The notes under the pieces are model-generated. The model did not search any database and had not been told where the DNA came from. It worked only from the letters and a program-made list of their open reading frames with translations. From Maridesulfovibrio sp. (GTDB lineage: Bacteria; Desulfobacterota; Desulfovibrionia; Desulfovibrionales; Desulfovibrionaceae): a stretch of 64,000 bases of DNA. The position numbers and the translations under genes were made by a program. Where the stretch lies: the NCBI RefSeq assembly GCF_963676065.1, contig NZ_OY780933.1, positions 2,332,122-2,396,121 of the forward strand, in the 5' to 3' direction. Below are positions 8,765-16,559 of this stretch, in pieces (position 1 is the first letter of the stretch; each line of letters begins with the position of its first letter).

Positions 8765-9427
8765 TTAAATTTCCTTTAAAAAATATTCACCAGTCCACTT
8801 ATAGCCTTCTTCCATAAAGTCTTTAAAATGTTTTGGGTCAGTGATATTATTTTCAATAAGCCACCTGACAAAGCGACCTTTAATGTGCTTTCCCTGGTGA
8901 CCTGCCGGCATCTTCTTACCTGCTTTTTTTAGAACAAATTCAACCTCAATTCCATGATCATATTTTACAGCTTTCTTGTGTGCTTGCGGTAATAAATCAA
9001 TAACAAATTTGTTTTTCAATTGCTCTGAATTGGAATTCACCCATAACTTGGCAGCTTTTAATTTATCAATTTTTAAACGATAATTAGGAATCAAATCAGA
9101 CGGGCTTACAAGGCCAAATAGACCTGAAACAATTAACACTTTTTTATCGAAGTCAGATTTATTTTTCAAAGTTTGATAATCAATTGCGTCATAAACTACG
9201 CCTGTATACCGTTCAATAGCAGGCATTGTTTTTGAAATTAAGACTTCCTTATTTACAGTAATAGCTTTCTCGAGAGCCGTTTTCTTAAGTCCATATAGCT
9301 TTATGGGATCAGCTTCTTTAATCGCTTCAATTAAGTCGGCAGCAATACCTGATACAGACTTTAGAGGTTTATTGTGTCCGCCGTCAGCTTTACCCTCAGA
9401 TGGTGGAATTAAGATAATAGTTTTCAT
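8765..9427 (-). CDS. yaaA: YaaA/DUF328 family protein (peroxide-stress protein family)
   Basis: PPSEGK start, ERYTGVVYDAIDY, SGLFGLVSPSDLIPNYRLKI, HIKGRFVRWLIEN. The gene is markedly AT-rich compared with its neighbours. Confidence 0.7.
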   Translation of the reverse strand: MKTIILIPPSEGKADGGHNKPLKSVSGIAADLIEAIKEADPIKLYGLKKTALEKAITVNKEVLISKTMPAIERYTGVVYDAIDYQTLKNKSDFDKKVLIVSGLFGLVSPSDLIPNYRLKIDKLKAAKLWVNSNSEQLKNKFVIDLLPQAHKKAVKYDHGIEVEFVLKKAGKKMPAGHQGKHIKGRFVRWLIENNITDPKHFKDFMEEGYKWTGEYFLKEI

Positions 9428-9743
9428 AAAAATTCTTACGAGTTTAATTCGTTAAAAACGTTGGAGTTTAGCAAGTAAAATAAACGAATCAGTTAATTGC
9501 AATTTATTTGTACAAAATAAAAGTTGGGGTCCTCTTCTATATTATGGGATGAAATAGAAAGATATTGTTTTTTGAGAAGGGCCTTAATTTACATATTCTT
9601 TTCCAGTGAAAAAAATCCTGGAAATCTCCCATTCTCCGCAAATCCCGGAAAATACCCAAAACGTGTTCTCTCATGGATAAAATTAATCTTATTATGTCAA
9701 ACCCTGGCGAGCTGTCTTTTCGCATTGCATTCAAGAGGCAGTT

Positions 9744-9767
9744 GGTTCAATTTCCCCAGCTCCACCA
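9744..9767 (+). other. Remnant resembling a tmRNA (ssrA)/tRNA 3' end (T-loop to CCA); possible att site
   Basis: GGTTCAATTTCCCCAGCTCCACCA closely resembles the E. coli ssrA 3' end GGTTCAACTCCCGCCAGCTCCACCA (from memory). No matching 5' half upstream. A terminator follows. Confidence 0.45.
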
Positions 9768-9785
9768 TATAAATTTCTCATAATT

Positions 9786-9820
9786 AAGCCTAGCTATCAA
9801 AACTGGTAGTTAGGCTTTTT
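9786..9820 (+). terminator. Rho-independent terminator
   Basis: Stem aagccta/taggctt with further inner pairing, followed by a T-run. Confidence 0.6.
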
Positions 9821-9925
9821 CGTGCTGGTTAACCTGCGGGTAAACAAGGTCAACTCGGGGCTACCTCAAGCAAAGATGTACAGGCTCGAACGGTCAAATT
9901 TCTAACTGTTGATTATTCCTAAGTC

Positions 9926-9990
9926 GTAACGAAATTTTGTTGTTAATACACTAAATTTCGTTTCTTCAACGAAATAGCGTTGTTATGTTT
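9926..9990. promoter_or_regulatory. Candidate enhancer (UAS) repeats for the sigma-54 activator
   Basis: 18-nt direct repeats aacgaaatNNNgttgtta at 9928 and 9968 (15/18 identical, 40-bp period). An inverted copy aaatttcgtt lies at 9954-9963. The repeats end about 60-120 bp upstream of the -24 element. Confidence 0.5.
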
Positions 9991-10047
9991 TAGTGTCAAA
10001 AAATAAATAGTTCATTATTTCGGTGGCTTATTTGGTTTTATCTCGTA

Positions 10048-10061
10048 GGCACAGCTCTTGC
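10048..10061 (+). promoter_or_regulatory. Sigma-54 (-24/-12) promoter
   Basis: GGCAC-agctc-TTGC has exact GG-N10-GC spacing and a near-consensus TGGCAC-N5-TTGC. It lies about 125 nt upstream of the ATG at 10185. Confidence 0.75.
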
Positions 10062-10184
10062 CTTATAGCTGAATAAAATAACTTAAGCCAAAAGCCTTTG
10101 GGGTATTTTTGAGCGACAGCAATAATCGGCTTGCGTTGGTCAAAGTGCCTACCTTAGGTGAAACAGCCATCGAGGAATGCAGAA

Positions 10185-12206
10185 ATGGGAAACGAAAAGC
10201 ATACACATGAACATGATCATAGTCACGGTCACCATCATCATAGCCACGGGCACCATCATCATAACCACAACGATTTCACTGACTACAAGAATGCAGTCAA
10301 AGAATATCGTCAGTCATTTGCCAGTAAAAAGGATGTAATGGAGCAGGCCCCTGATCCGGCTGTACGGGACATGGTTAAATATATGGATGAGCAGGGTGTA
10401 GAAAACTGTTTTGATCGTTTCGACAAGCAGAAACCGCACTGCACCTTTGGGTTGGCAGGGGTCTGTTGTAAAATATGCTCCCTTGGTCCCTGTAAGATCA
10501 CTGAACGTTCTCCCCGTGGAACATGCGGTGCTGATGCTGATCTTATTGTTGCCCGAAATCTGGTCAGGTCGGCTGCAGGTGGCGTTGCCGCACATGGAGC
10601 TCGTGCGCGGGAGATCATTCTCACTCTGAAAAAAGCAGCAGAAGGCGATGTTAATCTGCCTATTGAAGGTGTGAATAAGGTCAAAGCTGTTGCCGACATG
10701 TTCAATCTTGATGTTAAGAACAGCACTATCGAAGAGCTGGCTGGACAAATCGCAGACATTCTTTTGGAAGATTTAAGTAGAGCAGTCCCCGGAACTCATA
10801 AGACGCTTGATGCTGTAGCTACGTATGAAAGAAAATTAGTTTGGGAGAATCTGGATTTACTTCCTGTTGGTTCATACCATGAAGTTTTCGAAGCCCTGCA
10901 TCAGACCACCGTCGGCACTCAGGGAGATTGGCGTAAAGCCATGGATCAATTCATGCGCCTTGGTGTCGCATTTTCAATGAACAGCGTTGTTGGCGGTTCT
11001 ATTGCAAGCGACTGTCTTTACGGTGTGCCTCAGCGGACCACCGTCAAAGCCAATTTGGGGGCATTGAAAACAGACACAGTAAATATTGCAGTCCATGGAC
11101 ACGCCCCTCAGATGGCAATGGAAGTGATAAAAACAGCCCGCAGTGAGAAGTTCGTTGAAATGGCGAAAGAAGCGGGAGCAACTGGTATTCAGTTTTACGG
11201 TATTTGTTGTTCCGGATTGTCATCTCTGTACAGGCTTGGAGGAGTAATTCCCCTTTCCAACGCCAACGGATCTGAACTTGTTCTCGCAACAGGTGCTCTT
11301 GATCTTTGGATGGCTGATATTCAGGAAATATTTCCGGGTATTATGGATGTTGCAAACTGCTACAAGACTGTAGTCGTGACAACTAACGAGTCAAACCGTC
11401 TGCCCGGAGCAGAGCATATCGGTTATAAACGTGACCTTTCTGATCTGGACAAACTTCCAGAAATGGCAGAGCGCATTGTTACCCGCGCAATTGAAAGCTT
11501 TAAGAATCGTCGCGATGTAAAGAGACATATTCCCGAGCATGAGGTTGAGGCTGAAGTTGGATTTAACCTTGAAACACTCAAGGCCCGCTATGGTTCACTT
11601 TCAACAATAGCCTCGGCATTGATTGAAGGAAAGATCAAGGGAATCATCAACCTCGCAGGATGCACAAACACCAGAATCGTATTTGAAAAAGCGATCGTGG
11701 ATATCGTCGATATCCTGTTGAAAAACAACGTACTGGTCTTTACCAACGGATGCGCTTCCTTTCCTATGGCCAAGTTGGGATATTGTTCCAGCAAAGGGCA
11801 GGAAAAATGCGGCGACAAGCTGCTTAGATTCCTAGGTCCTAAAATGCCTCCTGTCTGGCATTTTGGTGAATGCATAGATAATGCACACTCTGTATCTGTG
11901 TTTAGAGAAATAGCAAAGTATACCGGACGTCATTTGAAAGATCTGCCTTTTGCCGAAGTGACCCCGGAATGGTCCAATGAAAAAGGTGTGGGAGCAGCTC
12001 TCGCTTATCGCATGCTCGGTTTCAATTCCTATCACTGCGTTCATGCCCCAGTTCAAGGTTCTAAAAAAGTTGAAGAATTCCTTTATAACGGCACAAAGGA
12101 ATTGCTCGGCTCGTGCATGAACGTTGATCCCGATCCTGCAAAAGTAGCCGCAATGATCCTCAGGGATTTTGACGAAGCCAGATCTAATGTGTGCTGGCGG
12201 TCATAG
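10185..12206 (+). CDS. cooS: CooS-family (Ni-CODH/prismane family) protein, deviant: poly-His N-terminus and one cluster Cys replaced by Glu
   Basis: ATG at 10185 follows a GAGGA RBS. Motifs CTFGLAGVCCKICSLGPCKI, GTCGADA, IAVHGH, GICCSG, LAGCTN, TNGCAS, HFGECIDN. DIQEIFP occurs where canonical enzymes have D-x-Q-C. Confidence 0.85.
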   Translation: MGNEKHTHEHDHSHGHHHHSHGHHHHNHNDFTDYKNAVKEYRQSFASKKDVMEQAPDPAVRDMVKYMDEQGVENCFDRFDKQKPHCTFGLAGVCCKICSLGPCKITERSPRGTCGADADLIVARNLVRSAAGGVAAHGARAREIILTLKKAAEGDVNLPIEGVNKVKAVADMFNLDVKNSTIEELAGQIADILLEDLSRAVPGTHKTLDAVATYERKLVWENLDLLPVGSYHEVFEALHQTTVGTQGDWRKAMDQFMRLGVAFSMNSVVGGSIASDCLYGVPQRTTVKANLGALKTDTVNIAVHGHAPQMAMEVIKTARSEKFVEMAKEAGATGIQFYGICCSGLSSLYRLGGVIPLSNANGSELVLATGALDLWMADIQEIFPGIMDVANCYKTVVVTTNESNRLPGAEHIGYKRDLSDLDKLPEMAERIVTRAIESFKNRRDVKRHIPEHEVEAEVGFNLETLKARYGSLSTIASALIEGKIKGIINLAGCTNTRIVFEKAIVDIVDILLKNNVLVFTNGCASFPMAKLGYCSSKGQEKCGDKLLRFLGPKMPPVWHFGECIDNAHSVSVFREIAKYTGRHLKDLPFAEVTPEWSNEKGVGAALAYRMLGFNSYHCVHAPVQGSKKVEEFLYNGTKELLGSCMNVDPDPAKVAAMILRDFDEARSNVCWRS

Positions 12207-12349
12207 TCCAATTAGCAATAACGTTTGTTTGTAGCCTCGATGGCTTACGCAGCCGGCTCCGGTCTTTCCGACCACATCACCGGGGTCGGCTGTGCAACCA
12301 TCCGGTTTGCTATCAAGACTAATTCGTAATGATGTCCTTGGGGTAATAG

Positions 12350-13111
12350 ATGCATTTCAGATCAACTTCGGTACAGTTCAGATTATCCAGACCATGCCGC
12401 GAAGAATTTTCAAAAGAATTATATCGTCCGGGAGTTGTTTCTCTGACGCGTATAATCTGGGGCTCTCTTGGTGGTGGGCTACTGCTGTGGTTCATCGCTA
12501 TTCTTTCCGGAAAAACAGGAATCAATGTCCTTTATCCTCCTCTTGCAGCAACATGTTTCATAAACACTACCTGTGTCTTTTTGCGTGTTGCACGTCCAAA
12601 GTCAGTAATAGTCGGACATACGGTAGCTTCAATCTGCGGATTGGCTGGAGTCTGGATAGGAAATTATATCGCCCCGGGGCCCGAATTCATAATCCCTGTG
12701 AAGCTTGGACTTTCCGTCATGCTCGCGGCTGTCTTCATGCAGATATTTGATGCCGACCACCCACCTGCAGCCGCCACTGCAGCCATACCGGCGATACTCC
12801 CACTCCCCATGCCTTGGTACTTGCTCCCACTGCACATGGCATGGGGTGCCACAATAACCGTTATCTTTGCGTTTATCTGGAATAGAATCTGGTTTGAATT
12901 TCCTGTCCGGGATAGTGATAACTGCGTCAAAAACGCAGGGCTATACATGGAAAAGGTTCAAATTGCGGGCTTAGCAATATGTATAGTCAGTTGTATGATT
13001 ATGTGCTTTCAATCCATATCCCCTACAATCAGAATGTCCGGTCTCTGGGGTATGGCTGTAGGGAATATAATTCTCGGGACACATCATTTTTATAATATTA
13101 CCTCAAGTTAA
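12350..13111 (+). CDS. HPP-family integral membrane protein
   Basis: Signature FDADHPPAAATAAIP plus PKSVIVGHTVASICGL. Multiple TM helices. Confidence 0.75.
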   Translation: MHFRSTSVQFRLSRPCREEFSKELYRPGVVSLTRIIWGSLGGGLLLWFIAILSGKTGINVLYPPLAATCFINTTCVFLRVARPKSVIVGHTVASICGLAGVWIGNYIAPGPEFIIPVKLGLSVMLAAVFMQIFDADHPPAAATAAIPAILPLPMPWYLLPLHMAWGATITVIFAFIWNRIWFEFPVRDSDNCVKNAGLYMEKVQIAGLAICIVSCMIMCFQSISPTIRMSGLWGMAVGNIILGTHHFYNITSS

Positions 13112-13232
13112 TTAAAAGGAGGGATTGTCATTAGAAATTAATAAAGGCAGGACATGGATTAGCGGATGTTTATAATCTGAGATATACCTACCAACCTCAA
13201 AAAAATATCTCCATGTCCTGTCTCATAAGACT

Positions 13233-14900
13233 ATGTTACTGCCATTTCTATTGTCAGTCGGAATAATTATGTTTAGAACTTCAGGCATGGCTGACGAAAA
13301 AACTTTTCACTTCAGAAATGAGAAAATTCAATCTCTTTTGCTGGAGATGGGGCAACAAAGGTCTACCGGATCTCTTTTCACTCTTATAGTAAATGGGCTG
13401 GCCCAATTCCCGAATATTTCCCTCGCTCGAATATGGCTAATCAAAAATGGCGATATCTGTCCCTCATGCCCTTTACAAGATGAGTGTCTGAATCAAAAAG
13501 AATGTCTGCACTTGGTTGCCAGCGCCGGACAGTCCGTTTTTGATTCTGCTGTAGATTGGGCACGTATAGACGGTGATCATCGACGTTTTCCTTTGGGAGC
13601 CAGAAAGGTAGGGCATATCGCTGCTACAGGAACTCCCGTCATAGTGAAATCAATATCCAAAGACTCCAAGTGGATACTCCATCAAGATTGGGCAAAGCGG
13701 GAAGGAATAAATGGATTTGCCGGTCAACCGATGGTTTACCATGGTGCAACTATGGGGGTTCTGGCTGTTTTTACCAAGAGTGAAATAGCCCAACCCGCTC
13801 TTGAGATACTGAATATTATCTCAAACCATGCTGCTGCTGCACTTGTTAACGCACGGGCTTTTGAGAAAATAGAAGAACTGAGACGACGTCTTGAGTCCGA
13901 AAACAGCTATTTGCGTGAAGAGTTGATGAGTTCAACCTCTTTCGGCGGATTCATTGGTCAAAGTGCTCCACTACAAAGAATTATCCAGCAGATAGACCTT
14001 GTAGCGTCCACAGACGCAAGCGTATTGATACTGGGCGAATCTGGAACAGGAAAAGAACTGGTCGCCCGAGAACTTCACCAGCGAAGCGCACGCCGAAGCA
14101 GTCCCATGATCAAGGTGAATTGTGCTTCCATTCCCAAAGATTTATTTTCGAGTGAATTTTTCGGCCATGTTAAAGGTGCATTCTCCGGTGCTGTCGCTAA
14201 CAGGGTTGGTAAGTTCGGTGCCGCGCACAAGGGGACTCTGTTTCTTGATGAAATAGGGGAAATCCCCCTTGAGCAGCAGGCTCATCTACTTAGGATTTTG
14301 CAGGAAGGAGAGTACGAACGTGTCGGAGAGGAAAAGACTCGTAAGGTTGATGTAAGAATTATTGCCGCAACCAACAAGGATCTTAAAACCGAGATTGAAA
14401 ACGGTAGATTCAGGGAAGATCTCTATTTTCGGCTTAATGTCTTTCCTATTGATGTCCCGCCGCTACGAGAGCGAAAGGAAGATATCGTGCTCTTGGCAAA
14501 TCATTTCTTAAAGCAATTTCTTTTAGAAATTAAACGGCCTGTATTTCAATTTACAGATGCGCAGCTACAAAAGCTGGAACAGTATTCATGGCCCGGTAAT
14601 GTTAGAGAGCTTCAAAATATAGTTGAACGTTTTGCTATCACCTCCAGCTCTGATCCAAGAAATCTAGATTTTTTTAACAGTCTGAAGTCAGAGCTGCCGT
14701 CCGTAGAACAATTCCAAACCAGCGATTCCAGTGAACAGATATTAACTGAGCATGAACTGGAGCAGATACAGAAAAAAAACATAGAAAGAGCCCTTAAATT
14801 GTGCCGGGGTAAGATTTATGGAACTGATGGCGCCGCGAAATTGTTGGGTTTAAAGCCCACAACTCTTGCCAGTCGTATAAAGAAGATGGATATTAGTTAG
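13233..14900 (+). CDS. Sigma-54-dependent transcriptional activator (GAF + AAA+ + Fis-type HTH; NorR-like architecture)
   Basis: GESGTGKE Walker A, GAFSGA (GAFTGA variant), ELQN, C-terminal AAKLLGLKPTTLASRIKK. The N-terminal GAF-like region carries a Cys-rich insert. The start is uncertain (alternative ATGs at 13269 and 13287). Confidence 0.85.
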   Translation: MLLPFLLSVGIIMFRTSGMADEKTFHFRNEKIQSLLLEMGQQRSTGSLFTLIVNGLAQFPNISLARIWLIKNGDICPSCPLQDECLNQKECLHLVASAGQSVFDSAVDWARIDGDHRRFPLGARKVGHIAATGTPVIVKSISKDSKWILHQDWAKREGINGFAGQPMVYHGATMGVLAVFTKSEIAQPALEILNIISNHAAAALVNARAFEKIEELRRRLESENSYLREELMSSTSFGGFIGQSAPLQRIIQQIDLVASTDASVLILGESGTGKELVARELHQRSARRSSPMIKVNCASIPKDLFSSEFFGHVKGAFSGAVANRVGKFGAAHKGTLFLDEIGEIPLEQQAHLLRILQEGEYERVGEEKTRKVDVRIIAATNKDLKTEIENGRFREDLYFRLNVFPIDVPPLRERKEDIVLLANHFLKQFLLEIKRPVFQFTDAQLQKLEQYSWPGNVRELQNIVERFAITSSSDPRNLDFFNSLKSELPSVEQFQTSDSSEQILTEHELEQIQKKNIERALKLCRGKIYGTDGAAKLLGLKPTTLASRIKKMDIS

Positions 14901-15107
14901 GTTCTAAAATATGGAGAACCGCTCACAGCCGCAAATTCCAAAAAATTACGCAATGTGTTCCCAATAGTTAAAATTAATCCAATTCTTTCAAATGTTGGAG
15001 CACTAGGGTCGTGCATGGTATAGCAAGAGGCTGTGGGGCCAGAAGTGTGCACCATCTGTTGGATCATAGGATGCATTTTTGAAGTTTTCGGTGTTATTGG
15101 GAAACGG

Positions 15108-16121
15108 TTAAGCTACGTCCTTACTTTGATTCTTCGCCATAATATTTAACGCAATCCTTAATTGTTTCGCAGTTTCAAGATCGTTGCGTGCATTAGCTGC
15201 CTCCAGTCCCAATCGTGCCTTCTCCTCGAAATTAATACGCGTCTGGTCGGTCTCCATGCTCATGGATTGTCCTGTTGTTGCGGATATCTTGAGCGTCATG
15301 GACATTAGCGGAAAACTTTCATCCAATGACATCCGTCCGCCTCGAACTTCTCCATTCATCCAATCTAGCAGCTCCTTTCGGGTCGCATCAGAGAAATTAA
15401 TGGTGGAGGACTCATCAGCCTTGTCGGGGGTTGATTCATTTGTTGCTGTAGAATTCTTTGGTATGGCAGTTTCTTCCACCTGAGTCGCTTTAACATCTGC
15501 CGAATTTTCGGGCTGTCCCTGCAAGTTCGTCTGGTCGGCCTGAGATGATAATGTGGATGATGCACCCACAGTCATTATGAACGCATCATTATTATTTTGC
15601 CCAAAGAGTTGCTCCCCGAACTGGGCAACCGCAGCATAAGGGTTCTTCTTGTATTGCTTAGCAAATTCCGTGTGGGTATGTCCTGCCTCAACCATGCTGG
15701 ACATAGCGCTAACCCTTTTGAAATCATTTTCAAGATCAGCGTTGTCTGCAAAGAGTTGTTCTATTTGTTCGGCTTGGGGATGGTTACCTGAAACCCGCAC
15801 ATGCCCCTCTTCATCGGACGTTAACTGTACCTCCGGGGGAGTGTTTATGCCGTTTTCAAGAAACATGGCCGTAATATCACTGTTCAGGTTCTGCCGTTTC
15901 TGTTGCAGTCCGGTTTCAATATCATCCAGAGAAACGCTTTTCCCGGGAGTGTAGGCAACGCCCATATCGGCAAAGAAGCCTGATATTAGTTTGCCAGTCT
16001 TTGATATGCTGACTTTATCCTGATTGGCAGCTGGTTGCGTCTGTTGTCTGGTGGTATATGACTTTTGTGAGTCGTAGCTGACCTGCTGCAACTGTGTGTT
16101 GGCTCTCAATGAATTGATCAT
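15108..16121 (-). CDS. Hypothetical Q/S/T-rich protein, no signal peptide
   Basis: 337-aa ORF with a GGAGGA RBS. No motif I recognise. Confidence 0.5.
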   Translation of the reverse strand: MINSLRANTQLQQVSYDSQKSYTTRQQTQPAANQDKVSISKTGKLISGFFADMGVAYTPGKSVSLDDIETGLQQKRQNLNSDITAMFLENGINTPPEVQLTSDEEGHVRVSGNHPQAEQIEQLFADNADLENDFKRVSAMSSMVEAGHTHTEFAKQYKKNPYAAVAQFGEQLFGQNNNDAFIMTVGASSTLSSQADQTNLQGQPENSADVKATQVEETAIPKNSTATNESTPDKADESSTINFSDATRKELLDWMNGEVRGGRMSLDESFPLMSMTLKISATTGQSMSMETDQTRINFEEKARLGLEAANARNDLETAKQLRIALNIMAKNQSKDVA

Positions 16122-16274
16122 ACATTCCTCCAGTAAGAATTTTTTTCCTAACTGGATAGAAAAGCAAAAAATATTCCGAGGGATATGTTTTCCTGTATGG
16201 CAATAAACGTTGCCCGGTTATTAACGGTATTCAATAGGGCACGGAGTCAATTGTCCTCTGTTCTTCCGCCATAA

Positions 16275-16312
16275 TATAAAGGACTTACAATGAAAATTGT
16301 AAGTCCTTTATA
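16275..16312. terminator. Stem-loop / probable terminator downstream of the rubredoxin gene
   Basis: 17-bp perfect arms tataaaggacttacaat/attgtaagtcctttata with a 4-nt loop. Confidence 0.5.
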
Positions 16313-16349
16313 TTAGGATGAATAGAAATTACGTTGTAGCACTTGCGGC

Positions 16350-16559
16350 TTAAGCGCCTTCAGCTAGGGTTGAACCCGGGCCGGCCAGTGGCCGGAAGGA
16401 TTTTTTAGTAGCCCCGCAATGCGGACACTTCCAATCGTCAGGAATATCGGCGAAAGCTGTTCCGGGAGCGGTTCCGGTTTTAGGCTCTCCTTTATCGGGG
16501 TCGTAAATGTAACCGCAGTTGCTTACTTGGCATTGGTACATATCTTTGGGTGCAGCCAT
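16350..16559 (-). CDS. Rubredoxin (C-x4-C ... C-x2-C variant)
   Basis: [14 protein letters not shown] and [16 protein letters not shown] at 16559 follows an AGGAGG RBS; the ORF track starts at 16574. Confidence 0.85.
   Translation of the reverse strand: MAAPKDMYQCQVSNCGYIYDPDKGEPKTGTAPGTAFADIPDDWKCPHCGATKKSFRPLAGPGSTLAEGA

Noticed and set aside
9524-9772. 82-aa plus-strand ORF covering the ssrA-like remnant
   Set aside because: It has no RBS, lies in AT-rich non-coding-looking sequence, and ends inside the tRNA-like 3' segment. A full tmRNA was also rejected because there is no 5' acceptor strand and no tag reading frame.
8741-9802. 11-bp inverted match (tagctatcaaa) on both sides of the yaaA gene
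   Set aside because: Both copies lie inside terminator hairpins in AT-rich DNA. An 11-mer match within about 1 kb is not clearly beyond chance.
9939-9949. Single GT-N7-AC (E. coli NorR-type half-site) in the upstream region
   Set aside because: There is only one occurrence, and the pattern is expected by chance roughly every 256 bp. The 40-bp phased repeats are the better operator candidates.
12292-12750. 152-aa plus-strand ORF overlapping the HPP gene in another frame
   Set aside because: The 12350-13111 frame carries the HPP signature and TM helices. The alternative frame has no recognisable features.
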